A stretch of 64,000 bases of DNA from Eledone cirrhosa (GCA_964016885.1 OZ024743.1:330212001-330276000); one strand, 5' to 3'. Counted from the first letter of the stretch, positions 12,673-25,794 are shown. Notes: generated from the letters alone by a model not told the origin. Program-made: numbers and translations.

Positions 12673-15600
12673 ATGACCTTACTCAGAATAGGCAGCATAA
12701 ATGCGCGTGGCCTGGGGTCGTCATGGATCCAGGGCCACCTGCTCAACGACCTCAGGTCACTAAACATAGATGTGGTGGCCATCAGCGAGACAAGAATCTC
12801 CGAAGCACGAGCCTTCGCACCGATCTTCGGCGGCTACGATGTATACGCATCTCCCAGCCGTCAGGATCGGAGGTAGGAGTTGCTGTGCTTTTTCGGAGAG
12901 ACTTGGATTTCGCCATACTGGACGGACCGGCAGCGAAAGCAATGCTTTCAGGCTAGTAGCCGTCTACGCCCCAACAGAGGCAGGACGGCCAGATTTCTTC
13001 AGACGTCTAGAGACCTTTCTTGGAACGTCCCGCTTTGTAGTGTTAGTGGGCGACTGGAACGGTATCTTAGATGCACGCTGGGATTATGTGGGGCTAGTAG
13101 ACAGGGCAGGAGGGTGTACAAGCCTCAACAATCTGCTCAGACGTTTTGAACTGTCTGACAGGTATAGACTGGATTATCCGAATGTGCCAATGTGGACATG
13201 GGCAAACCGCATCGAGTCATCCAGATCGTATTTAGATAGGGTATTCTGTAGGGAAAGTGATAAGGCTAGTGTAGGTTGTTCACAATTTAAAGTAGACGAC
13301 TACACGGACCACAAATTTGTGATCTGAGAAGTTGACTTAGATAGACTCCATAGGAAAGGGCCCGGCTACTGGAAACTGAACGCGTCGTTTCCGGCGCGCA
13401 AAGCTTACAGAGACCGGATTAACGAATTAGTTAAGCGTGCGTTGACGAGTGCGATCGTCAACAACAGGTGGTGGTTTACCCTGAAAAGGGCTATTAGAGT
13501 AGAAACGATAAGGTTTAGCAAAGGAGTAGTGATAGAGGGAAATAGAGTAGAGGGAGAGTTAGTTAGAAAGCTAGAAGAGGCGTTTATGACAGGCATCGCA
13601 ACCGACGTGCTTGCGGCGAGATTGGCACTCGACCAATTCTTCAACGCAAAGCATGAAGGCTGGATTGTCAGACACGAGGGAACGAAAGCCGTTCAATGGC
13701 CCAGGTGGTGGAGGCCCGATGTAGCAACAAATCCACAATTCGGTCTTTGCCTGATAAAAACGGGCGCATGTTGCTCGAACCCGAGCAGATGTGTGCGGCT
13801 TTTCAACAGCACTTTATTCCATTGTTCGGGAGCGGCGGCGGGCCGGTGCGCAGTATGGACTGCACGAGGAGTAAATCGCCAGGTTTGGATGGTCTACCCT
13901 ACGAGCTTTATGCGGATATGCCAGACTTGTCCGGCGACTTCTTGGCAGATGTCTACTGCAGCTGGCAGCAGAACGGGAGCATTCCCAGTTTTGTGAGCCG
14001 TAGAGCGGGGGACGTTATAGACAACTTCAGGTCCATAACTCTGCTAAACGGAGAGTTTAAGATTTTGGCCAAGGTGTTAGCAAAGAGATTGGCGCTTGTC
14101 GTCGGTGATCTGGTGGGAGAGGTGCAGGCGTGCGCCATCCCGGACAGATCCATCCACGACAACCTCCATCTCATGCGATACATCATAGAGAGGGTGGTTA
14201 AGGAACCTGGCACGGGTGGGGCCCTGATCAACTTGGATCAATCTAAAGCATTTGATAGGGTCGACCATCGGTACCTGGCTGCGGTCCTCGAGGCGGCCGG
14301 CTTCGGGCCCGTTTTTAGGGGCTGGATCGCTGCGATGCACAGCGACATCTGCTCGATTGTGAGGGTGAATGGTCACCTGTCGCAGCCTTTCAGCATCATG
14401 CGCTCGGTCCGCCAGGGTTGCCCCCTCTCGTCCCTCTTCTACGTACTGGTCCTAGAGCCTTTACTACACAAATTGGAGACGATGAGGGGGTCCCACGCGA
14501 ACTGGAATGCGGGAGATCCGTGTCAGCTTACGCTGACGACGTCACCGTGGTGGTGTCGAGCACCAAACACGTCCAGATGCTCGGCACTACTCTCAAGGAA
14601 TACGAAGCGGTGACAGAAGCAAAGATAAACCAGGAAACGTCGGTGGGATTACAGCTCGGCACCTGGAGAGGGAAGTCCATGCCCTCCGTCAGCGTCGTGG
14701 ACGCTGGACAGAAGGACCGGTTAAATTGTTCGGGGTCTGGTTTGGTCCGGACCTCCAGATGGAGAAAAACTGGAGCGAGGTGACATGCATGGTGGCCTCT
14801 CTCTCCAAGAAATGGGCCGAGAGGCGGCTTTCTCTGAAAGGTCGGGGAGGTGGCGAATGCGTATAGCGTCCGTCATCTGCTACCGCCTGACCGTCGTACA
14901 TTTCCACCGCTCAACTCTGACCAAAATGGAGTGCCTTCTGTTCCGCTTTTTGTGGAAGGAACGTGCTGCCATGGTCAGATGATCCATTTTCTGTCAATAC
15001 CCGTTGCGTGGAGGACTAGGCATGCCGTGGCTGATGATGCGTAAACATGCGCTGAGGCTGCGACATCTCTGGTGCTTCCTTGACGGCGAACAGGTGTGGT
15101 CGCCGTTTGCCAGACGCGCTTTTCCCCAGCTTGACGGAGCTGCAGTCGTGGATCAGGAAAAGACCGAGGGATAGCGCTTGGAAGCTGGAATGTCTCCAAG
15201 CGCTCACTGCCCTCTACCGGCTGGACACTAGTATCGGTGGAACATCCACCTTGGCGTTCTATAGAGGGCTAGTGGAGGGAAAGAACGACGACTTTCTTTG
15301 GGAGACCCTGGGCGTCGAAGACGATCAGCTGTTCGCTCTCTTCAAGAGAACTTTCAGACCGGGGACTATGGACAACTTCCAGAAATCCCTGGCCTGGCAG
15401 TGCTACCGGGGAGCGTTGCCGGTTCGGGATAAGATCTACAGGCACGGAGGTGCTGTCACCCGAGCCTATCCGAGATGCGCGCAGAGCGACGAAACCATCC
15501 TGCACGTACTCGTTCAATGCCAGAGCATTGTTGACTTGTGGAGCTATGTCGAACAGTTGCTGTCGTGTGTAGGATTGATCCGGTTATCGACTGAGTTCAT

Positions 15601-15883
15601 TGTGCAGATGGTCTCGCCGTCTTCCTTCGAGGAGGAAGGGCAGGCGGTTTTCATCTGCCTGGTTGCCATGGCGAAAGAGATTGTGTGGTGGACAAGATTG
15701 AAAGGGTTAAAGACAGACACTTTCCTCTTCGGCGAATCCCTAATTAACTTTTTCAAATTTCACTTGAAGAGGAAAATCAGGGTGGAGAGGCAAGTGCTGC
15801 CTTCTAGCAAGTTTGTTGAAAGGTGGGTGAATGTAGCGAGAATGGTCCGAGTGACCGGGACCGCTCTGAATATACGTCTGTAG
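12673..15883 (+). pseudogene. Tx1 ORF2 of copy 3, with frameshifts and internal deletions
   Basis: ORFs starting at 12673, 12770, 13442, 13696, 14418 and 15080 carry APE, RT (YADD) and C-terminal motifs. Confidence 0.93.
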
Positions 15884-16075
15884 TTTGAGAGATGGGAAAA
15901 TTGACAGAGGGCGCTTGCCCTGGTGGTCAGGGTGGCCGTGGTCTTTTGTTTGGTTTTCGCCACGTGTAACCCTCGGAGGATTCCCCCCTATTGGGGAATT
16001 TTTCATTGTTTCAATTTTCATTTTTATTGTTTATATATATATATATGTTTCTGTCTTTTTTTCTTATATAAATAA

Positions 16076-16251
16076 TTGTTTCTACGTTTGGCACAAGGCC
16101 AGAAATAACCCAGAGCATTACTGGTACTTTATTTTATCGACCCCGTAAGGATGAAAGGCAAAGTTAACCTCGGCGTGATTTGAACTCAGAATGGCAAGGG
16201 CCGTAACTCTATACGTCAAAGCATAGCGTCCGACCCTCTACCGATACTGCC
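16076..16251 (-). mobile_element. tRNA-derived SINE in the 3' UTR of copy 3
   Basis: Reverse complement of the family consensus. Confidence 0.88.
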
Positions 16252-16383
16252 GAAAAATATTTACACGCACAAAACCCACTTTGTATCGTCCTGTACCGTC
16301 CTGTGCCGTCTGTAATGTTTTTCTTGATGTCAGCCCTTGAGGCCAATAAAGAAACCATTATTATTATTATTACTATTATTATA

Positions 16384-16508
16384 TAAGGATGAAAGGCAAA
16401 GTCAAATCCCGCTGAGGTTGACTTTGCCTTTCATCCTTACGGGGTCGATAAAATAAAGTACCAGTAATGCATTGGGTAATTGCTGGCCTTGTGCCTAAAG
16501 TAGAAACA

Positions 16509-16558
<50 letters not shown>
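16384..16558 (+). mobile_element. 5'-truncated SINE with a 22-bp inverted duplication at its 5' junction and an (ATT)n tail
   Basis: Matches the 3' part of the SINE; 16384-16405 is the reverse complement of 16418-16439. Confidence 0.85.
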
Positions 16559-16559
<1 letters not shown>

Positions 16560-17034
16560 CCTCGAACCCTCTCACCCGTCCCTTCTACACGTTTCTTGTT
16601 CTTTCCTTCTTCCTCTACCTGTTGCCTTCCCTCATACAATGTGTTTCTCTCCTTTCTCTCAAATCTCAAAAGTTAATGTTTCTCTTCTCTCTCCCTCCTC
16701 TCCTCTCTCTCCCCCTATCCTCTCTCCCCCTCTGCTCTCTGTCTCTCCCTCTCTCTGTCTCCCCCTCTCTTTCTCACTCAATAGTTAAACCCAGGTTTAA
16801 TTAACAGACAAATATATAATATATTTGTATTTTATTTTCTACCTGCCACATTTCACTCCTTGCTGCACATTCTTCCATCCCTGCACACGCCTACTCTCAC
16901 CAACTACTCCAGTTTGTCAGTACCTCCCCTACAACCCGTCACAACCACCACCCCATCACTTACCCGCACACATTACCACTACCACCACTGTCTGTCATTC
17001 TAACCACTACTAAGATAGCTGTGACATGTTCACG

Positions 17035-18380
17035 GATTATGCATTTCTTATCTATACAGGGAGGTCTTTGAAAAGGGTATCACACCAAAATCAACATACT
17101 GATTGCGGATTTAGTACAGGTGATGAGAAACGTGTCCCGTATGTGCAACCCCGAAGAACTAATGAGACACATACAACACTTCATCCACCGTATGCAGTTC
17201 TCTGGTTACAATCAGAGAGATAAAATCAGTGTATATAGAGGAGCCAGAACCAAATGGGAAAAAATGGTAAATAATGATACAAATGGGACCTGCCCCTTGT
17301 ATAGGAGCAAATTTTGGAATAGAATAGAAAGAACTAGGAATAAGGTTAATAGAATAAACTCATGGTATGATAGCAATAAATACCAGAGTGTAATGTTCAT
17401 CGATACAACCCCTAGAGGTGAATTAGCTTACAAATTTAGAAGGGCCCTAGATAAACATAAACTCAATATTAAGATAGTAGAAAGACCAGGTACCTCCATA
17501 AAAAACACTTATTAGCAAGACATACCCTTTTCAAAGACCTCCCTGTATAGATAAGAAATGTATAATCTGTAAATTAAGCCCCCATATTAACTGTAAAACT
17601 AGAAATGTAGTATATAGCATAAGATGTACTGAAGGACAATGTAGAGATAAAAATATAGTGTACATAGGTGAGACAGCTCGTAGTATAGGGGAACGGATAA
17701 ATGAACACTGGCGAGACTTTCAAGATAGTAAAGAATCATCTGTACTCTACCAACATGCTAAAATAGAACATAAGGGTAAATTAGAGAACATAGAAATAAA
17801 AATAGAATCTACACACAGAAAAGACGCAATGTTTAGACAAATCACAGAGGCAATAAACATAAATAAATTCCAACCAAAATTAAATCGAAAATATGAATGG
17901 AATAGCAACATCACAACTTATAATTAACGACAAAATGAAAACACACACGCACATAGAACAAACAACCAACCAGTAACATGTAAATAAACAAATAAATAAA
18001 CGAATATAAATAAACACACACAGACACCCGGATGTAACACATGCGCAAACTAAGCACACAACACATAGAAAAACAAGATGGCGTAGGACAGAACAAATAG
18101 AGGCACAAAACAAAGAAAAGAATCCCCAGTCACTGAAGAGGTCACATAATGTGTGACGAAAGAACTTTGAGAATATATGAACAACCGCCCGGTTGTGGAA
18201 CCAACCAACCAACCGGAAATTCATAAATTTTTAAATTTATAATTTAATTTATAATAAACTGGAGTGAAAGTAGCTGGTGCGTGTGTTTCTTATTGGCAAC
18301 ATGACCCTCCCAAAGTATAACAATGTCGGTTTCAACACACGTTTTCAGATAAAGAATCTTTGCTAATCAAATTCAGAAAC
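17035..18380 (+). mobile_element. Penelope-like element 3' fragment (RT C-terminus, GIY-YIG endonuclease, pLTR region)
   Basis: C-x2-C...VVYSIRC...VYIGETARSIGERINEH...E...LN GIY-YIG signature (17560-17927); short inverted segment at the 5' junction; hammerhead core at 18133. Confidence 0.88.
18130..18170 (+). ncRNA. Minimal hammerhead ribozyme motif in the Penelope 3'/pLTR region
   Basis: tca-CTGAAGA-g-GTCACA(taatg)TGTGAC-GAAA-gaactt-tga. Confidence 0.6.
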
Positions 18381-18381
18381 G

Positions 18382-18444
<63 letters not shown>

Positions 18445-18644
18445 NNNNNNNNNNNNNNNNNNNNNNNNNNNNNNNNNNNNNNNNNNNNNNNNNNNNNNNN
18501 NNNNNNNNNNNNNNNNNNNNNNNNNNNNNNNNNNNNNNNNNNNNNNNNNNNNNNNNNNNNNNNNNNNNNNNNNNNNNNNNNNNNNNNNNNNNNNNNNNNN
18601 NNNNNNNNNNNNNNNNNNNNNNNNNNNNNNNNNNNNNNNNNNNN
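18445..18644. other. Assembly gap (200 N) flanked by (TA)n and (CA)n
   Basis: Run of N. Confidence 0.99.
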
Positions 18645-18647
18645 TCT

Positions 18648-18728
<81 letters not shown>

Positions 18729-18883
18729 CAAAATATTGTTACGATAGGGTTGATTTTACATATACTCACTCATATCAGACCAAGATGGTGATACATCTGC
18801 ATTTTTGTATAAGAACACCTCATAATTGTATGAGCATCTGATGATGTCACATAGAAACTTTTAATAATATAATCATTGCATAA

Positions 18884-20612
18884 CACCGTGTAACGAAAAA
18901 AAAATGTTCTCTGTTCCTGGCTTGTAATCACTTTATTTATGTTGCTTAGGTCCCAAATACATAAAAAAATGTGCTATTAAACAGTTAAAAGTTTGGGTTT
19001 GTAAACATTCTAAGCTATTCACTAGAATTATTTGTATGCTGGATTTTACATTGTATGTAGGTTTAATTTGCTTATGTTAAATGATTTTTTTATATGTTTC
19101 AGGTTAAATTAAAATTATAAAATAAAGAGTAATACCTAAAGAAAATTATAAAAGTGTAATAAAGTATAACATTGTTAAAAAGTGGATTAAAGAGATTTAT
19201 TGATACTGGATTTTCGCACCCTGAATAAAGGGTAAGTTGTGTTTTAAGCATTCGTCTCCAGGATGAAGCAGTGGAACTTGGTCAAGGAAGAAGGTGCAGG
19301 GGTGACAAGTCAGAGAAGTCGACACGAACCTTTCTCAGGCTTTTACACTCTTAGGGATGGCCTATTCTTCTGCCATGATGTGCCTGGACTGTTTGACGTT
19401 ATTGGGGTGCCTTTTGTGCCCAAGGAGTGGCTGCTATTTATAGACAGCTCCACCACAAGTTTGAAGCCTGTCCTCCTCCACAATGGAAACAAGTTCCCGA
19501 CACTGCCCCTAGCTCATTCAGTCTGCCCGAAGGAAGATTACTACAGTGTGAAAGTCCTCTTGGAAGCTCTGCAATACAACCAGTACAATTGGGAAATCAT
19601 CGGAGACTTCAAGATGGTGGCTTTCCTGCTTGGACTCCAAGGAGGCTTTATCAAATTTCAATGTTTCCTCTGCCTTTGGGACATCAGAGCCACCTCTGAC
19701 CACTACTAAAGAAAGAACTGGGAGCAGCGAACAGAATTTGTAGTTGGGACCCGGAACGTCATGTGGGAGCCACTGGTTGATCCCAGGATTGTGTTCATGC
19801 CGCCACTACACATTAAGTTGGGGTTGATGAAGCAGTTTGTGAAGGCCCTCAACCAAGAATCAGCCGCTTTTGAGTTCTTCCCCAAGTTATCTGAGGCCAA
19901 AATCAAAAGTGAAATTTTTGTTGGACCTTAGATAAAGAAGGTGTTTGAGTCTACCGAGTACTCCAATAAGCTCAATATGATTGAGAGAACAGCATGGAAC
20001 TGTTTCAAGGCTGTTAAGGGCTTCCTGGGCAACTACAGAGCTGAAAACTACCAGCAACTGATGCGGGATCTGATAAAGGCTTTTGGCGCCATGGGATGCA
20101 GGATGTCGCTTAAACTCCACATGCTGGACGCTCACCTGGAAAATTTCAAGGACAATATGGGCACCTACTCAGAAGAACAAGGCGAATGATTCCACCAAGA
20201 TGTGAAAGAGATAGAGCGGAGGTACCAGGGCCACTACAATGAAAAAATGATGGGGGACTATATCTGAGGGCTAGTGCGGGAATGCGACCTGGACCACAAC
20301 CGCAAATCCAGGAAATCCAGTCATTTCTGACGTGTATAAGTTGCTTTATAAGTGTTATTTGTTTTTACTTGTTTGCTTTTGATAAGCTTGTGTAATAAAA
20401 TAAATATATACTCTATTAATTTAATCATATCAACTGATAAATTTTTAAAAAAATGTGTTTTTTCTTGAAAAATATGAAAATTTTGAAATATCAAACTCCT
20501 GACCACAAACCCAAACTTCTGATTAAATAATAGTGTTTTTTTATAATAATGGGATATACCAAACAAGGAAATGACACTTAGAACCGGGGTACAAATAATA
20601 TGTTACACGGTG
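18884..20612 (+). mobile_element. Chapaev3-like (CMC superfamily) DNA transposon, internally deleted
   Basis: TIR CACCGTGTAAC (18884-18894) / GTTACACGGTG (20602-20612); TAA duplicated on both sides (TWA TSD); transposase remnant inside. Confidence 0.8.
19263..20329 (+). pseudogene. Chapaev3-type DDE transposase, C-terminal part with stop codons
   Basis: Motifs WLLFIDSS..SLK.VLLHNGN, GDFKMV..LLGLQGG..K..CFLCLWD, PPLHIKLGLMKQFVKAL, MSLKLHML..H and SEEQGE*FHQD. Confidence 0.82.
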
Positions 20613-21337
20613 TAATCATTCCAGTGAAATATATATTATGCAATAAAACAATTATGTAAAAGTAACACTGCCTTAACATTACGTAAATGGAAACTCTGTC
20701 ACACCTAATCACCAATACGTGAAGTACGTTTGGATTGCGTAAACTGGTTTATGCTGGCGGTTTTACAACGTAACCTCCACGGATAGGCACCCTTATTATC
20801 TGCACTATATATATATATATAGTTTATAAATTGTAAGAGAAATACAAACATGAGGACAACTACCACTCTTCTGCTGTCTACTGTAGGTCGCTGATGTTTC
20901 GACACATTAAACATAGTACATCTCACCACAATGCGTGAATAACTACGAGATGTAGTTATTAAGGAAAAAACAACAACAAAAACAGAGATGATAGCAAAGA
21001 GAACGACAGAAAAAGAAAATAAACAGAAAAACATACCGTTAGAGAGGGGGAAACACGATACAGTGGTATATGTAAGTTGCAGTAACCAAAGGGAGAGAGG
21101 GAGAAGTTAAAAAGGAGACCGTGTGTAAGCCCGAATCCGTATTAATAGTACGAGAGACAGAGTGAAGAGAAACACGTCTGATCTTAACGAGAACAAGTAC
21201 AAAGAGGGAGAGACGAAGGAAAATGGAAGTGAATGGGGGAGGGGAAGCGGTAAGGGAGCAGAGCGAGAGGTGGAGAGAGGAGATGGATGGTGAGAGAGAA
21301 AAAGTATAAGGGAGAGAGAGAGAGGGCGTATAAGTGA

Positions 21338-21384
<47 letters not shown>

Positions 21385-21816
21385 GGAGAGAAAGAAAGAG
21401 GGAGAAAGGAGTAAAGAAAGAATTTAATTTAGAATGGTAGGACTTAAGTCCAAAACCAAAATTAACAAGTGAGATAGAGAGAATAGAACGAAGGCCACAG
21501 CAATATATATATATGTAATGTATGTATGTATGTATGTATGTATGTATATATGGGAGAGATGACCCCTTAGCCTTTGTCAAGGCAGAATTCTAGGAGAAGG
21601 GAAACTCTGATATAACACCTGCAACTCTGATGGTATCCAATGATGTTGACTTGTTCTTCTTTTTGGTAAATATCCTCTTGGTTAAGAGAGTGGGACTGGC
21701 TTTGTGCAGTGCCTTTGCTCACTATAAAAGCTTCACGGCACAGGCATTGCTTTATATCTGGAGATCTCTCTGCACTTGTCGTCACATGGTACCATGGGCC
21801 CAGCACTATGTGTCAG

Positions 21817-22118
21817 TAATTGTCACAAGTGTACTGTTTGTACCAGAGTTTTCAAGTCGCTGGCTGGACTAAAAAGTCACACTCGTTCAGCGCATCGGTA
21901 GGAGTTCTCCTACATGGATATAAAGTAGTGGCCGTACTCGAAAACGAGTTGGCAGCCACCATATGTATATATGTATAATTGTGACAAGTGTAGTGTTTGT
22001 ACCAGAGTTTTCAAGTCGCTGGCTGGACTAAAAAGTCACACTCGTTCAGCGCAGGGGTTCTCCTACATGGATATAAAGTAGTGGCCGTACTCGAAAACGA
22101 GTTGGCAGCCACCATGTA
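21817..22118. repeat. Tandem duplication of a ~150-bp unit
   Basis: aattgt.acaagtgta.tgtttgtaccagagttttcaagtcgc...ggcagccacc occurs twice (from ~21818 and ~21977). Confidence 0.85.
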
Positions 22119-22349
22119 TGTATGTATGTTCTTCTGGTTTTATAATTTCACAATTTTTTTCCCAATAAAGAGAGAGTCGGTTTCTAACATAGAGACAAGA
22201 CTCTCTCATTGGAATTTACACAACATCAACTAGGTAGATATGTATGCATGCATGCATGTGTAGATATGGATGTTATTGTATGTGTGGATGTGGATGTTTT
22301 GAGTTGTATGTGTGCATGTGTATATGCTTTGCATATATACATGTGTATA

Positions 22350-23992
22350 TGCAGTTATTAGATGCAAAATATTTGGAATGTTTTACATATTTTTACTGTT
22401 CCATTAATGGATTGTACTTGTTTCCTAACTAGTTGTGTTCTTTCTGTTCCTGTGAAGCTCAGCTTCTCAAGATTTGTATTGAGGCAGTTACTAACATATT
22501 CCAGTGCCCCAATAATCACAGGCATAAATCTGAAGGTGTAATCAGGGTAGAGTATCTGCATATTTCTCATCAGTTCTGCATAAATATTCTCCTTTTCACT
22601 AAACTTTGATATTATATTGGCATCTGCTGGGCAGCTAATTTCCACTACTGTGCATGCTTTCTTCTCCCTGTCCCATATCATAATATCTGGTCTGTTATGC
22701 CTGCATTTTATTTGGGTTTTTACTGGAACATTCCACCAGTACTCTTTCATATTATGTACATGGATGTCTTCCACATTGCTGTAGATTTTAATCTGTTTAT
22801 TATCGGGGCTATCTTTTTTACGAACTGCATTGTACAGTGTTTTGGCCACTACATCATGCCTCATAGGTAGATAGTACCGCCATGACATCTTTGGACAGCT
22901 GCTGATGACATGGGTGATATCCTCGATGTTAGTTCTGCAGAGTCTGCACTTGTTATCACATCTAGCTGTTTTTCCTGCATCCCTATCTCTTTTGTGAATC
23001 AGGTATTTCGTGTTAATCTCCTGTTCTTGGATTGCAAAAGCGTATCCTTCAAAGTGGGAGCCAATATATCGGTTGTTGGTCCAAGATAGACTACTTTCCT
23101 TATCTATATTACTCTCACTCTGGAGCTTCCTGGCAACATATCCATGCATGATTTTTTGCTGATAAGCATGCATTTTTTCATCCATGGATTCACTGCGAAA
23201 CTGCTGAGCGACTGAGGGTGTGAGTTTTGATTACCACACAGGGAATATCTCTCGAGGAGTTCCTTCCCAACTCTCATGATCTTATCTGTTTCATGTAGAT
23301 AGACTTGCTCGAGAAACGGGCTCCTACGCTTCGAGGTTCGTAGATGTTGTCGGAGAGATATGATGCGACATTCAAATGTTGTCTGGACTGATGTTAGGCC
23401 TCTCCCTCCCTGCTTACGTTTCAAGTAAAGGCGGTCTATGTCACTGTTGATGTGGAAGTTTCCGGTGTTGTTTAGTATTTTTCGAGTTCCAACATCAACA
23501 GCTCGGATTTCGTCTATCGTCCAATTGAGTATTCCAAACGTTGGTGTTAGGACAGGCACAGCAAACACATTGTGAGCCATTGTTTTGTTTTGTGCAGAGA
23601 GTTCCGATGACCAGATCTTTCTTAATCGGGTGTAGTATTCCTTGGTTACGCGTTCTTTATTACAGATGCCATTATAGGATGTGTTCTCATCTATCCCCAG
23701 GTATCTGTAGCAGTCCTCATCAGATATCGGTGAAACAGTTAGGCCATTGATGACAATGTTGCTAGATTGGGTTGTTGTTTTTCCCCGCTTTACAGTCATG
23801 TATGAGCATTTATCTTGGCCAAACTCCATTCCTATATCCTTTGAGAACGTTGTAACCAGGTCAATATTTTTCTTCATCCCATCCCTGTTCTTGGCATAGA
23901 GTTTCAGATTGTCCACAAAGAAATTATGGGTTAGGTTCGTATTTCTGTCCTCCTGTGAGCCAATGATGTATCCCTCACATTTCTTGAGCAGA
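22350..23992 (-). mobile_element. R4/Dong-clade-like non-LTR retrotransposon (RT plus restriction-like endonuclease), 5'-truncated
   Basis: THNFFVDNLKLY (xDDLKLY type), Y.YLG, CRLC...EDITHVISSC, RHD, RPD...VVEISCP...K..Y; flanked by (TACA)-type repeats. Confidence 0.88.
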
Positions 23993-24356
23993 TTTATGTA
24001 TGTATTTATATATGTATGTATGTATTTATGTATGTACGTATGTATGTATGTATTTATGTATGTACGTATGTATGTATGTGTTTATGTATGTATGTATTTA
24101 TGTATATATCGATAATTGAAACATCGAAATTATTCGTTTGGTAGATTTTATTGCATTAGCACCATGACAACCTTATTACCTAAGATGCTGCCTAATGAAC
24201 TTGCGTTGGAGATTACTTGATCACAGCATCACGTGATCATAAACGCCACGAAAATATGTATCATGGCTGATTATGAATAAAGGAATTATGAATATCTACA
24301 ACTTACCTTCGCAATTATCAATATATTTATTTATATACAACCTCGCTATATATATA

Positions 24357-25265
24357 CGAGGTGTGTCAGAAAAGTTCCAGGACTGTTGTCACAAAAGATT
24401 TATTTCAAACCCAAACTTCACACTAAGCGTTTTCTCCTTCAAAGTAATCTCCCTGGAGTCTAATGCACTTTTCCATCCTTTTCTGCCACGCTTGCATGCA
24501 CTCCTGGAAGGATTCTTCTGGGATCCTCCGCAGTTCCGTCGTCACGGCCTTTTTGATGTCGTCCACGTCTTCAAAACGGGCCCTTTCCGGGTCGTACTCG
24601 AAGATCTATGACTCATCACCGGCGATGACTGTCCCTAGCAAGTCTGGTTTGGTTTCAAGACGCTCGAGGATGTCTTGGCACACTTGCATGCGTCGACCAT
24701 TCTGGTCATCGTTCAGCAGTTTTGGCACCATCTTCGCGCAGACTTTCCGCATGTCCAAATCTTCAGTGAGAATCTTCCAGACGCTGTTCCGATTCATGCC
24801 CAGCTCATTTGCCATCAGTCGAACAGTCAGCCGACGATCGCTACGCACCATCTGCCTGACGCGCTCAACGTTGACCTCAGTCCTGGTTGTTGAGGGCCTT
24901 CCGCTCCTGGGGTCATCTTCCACGTCCTCACGTCCTTCTTCAAACCTCTTGCATCACACAAAAACACGCGAGCGTGACATCGTCTCATCTCCATACACTT
25001 GCTGCAGCAATCCCAGTGCTTCTGACGGAGTTTTCCCCAACGGTACCAGAAACTTCAAGTTGCTCTGTGCTCATTGCTTGACGACCTGAAACAGAGGACA
25101 TGTATATAAATTTATGAAGAAAAATGTTTGATCGCTGTAGAGAACTAAGATTACAGTTACATACTCCAAGGGGATTACTTTGAAGGAGAAAACTCTTAGT
25201 GTGAAGTTTGGGTTTGAAATAAATCTTTTGTGACATCAGTCATGGAACTTTTCTGACACACCTCG
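24357..25265 (-). mobile_element. Tc1/mariner (mariner) element, internally deleted, with ~100-bp inverted termini
   Basis: TA TSDs at 24355-56 and 25266-67; TIR CGAGGTGTGTCAGAAAAGTTCC; transposase motifs DDPRSGRP, KMVPKLL, GDES, YDPE and GDYFEG. Confidence 0.93.
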
Positions 25266-25339
<74 letters not shown>

Positions 25340-25554
25340 CACATATATATATATATATAAGTTTATCCCGGGTTCAATCGGGGGTAGCACAGTAAGTAAG
25401 GTACTCAATACATAGCAGAGTATGAATATTTAATATAGAAATCGCTTCTACAGTAGTAGAACTGTTTCATTCGGGAGAAATCATCAGGAGGCCAACTGTC
25501 CAAGTAATATGGTGATATTTATACTTTTTTCTGGTGGTAGGAGAGGGTGGTTAT

Positions 25555-25609
<55 letters not shown>

Positions 25610-25747
25610 AGAAAAAAAGAGAATCAGTGTTGCAACGAATGGAATTTGTTGGATATGTTACAATCGTTTCTCTGGTGACCAGCTCGAGGCAGGTTCGATG
25701 TGATGATCGAACCTGACTCTGAAAAATCGCAAGGTCCTCAGATACGT

Positions 25748-25794
<47 letters not shown>

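Larger units (their letters stand above)
5244..16380 (+). mobile_element. Tx1 copy 3 (ATT group), probably full-length; interrupted by a SINE plus Tx1 copy 2 at 5996-10796 and by two more SINEs
   Basis: Putative 5' UTR and ORF1 start (ATG ~5607) resume at 10797 after the repeated 18-mer ACTGAAACTAAAAATAAT; ORF2 remnants 12673-15883; AATAAA at 16345 and ATT tail. The 5' boundary is approximate. Confidence 0.85.

Noticed and set aside
18837-18862. Hammerhead-like CTGATGA...GAAAC
   Set aside because: Stem II is too short and I could not form stem I or stem III.
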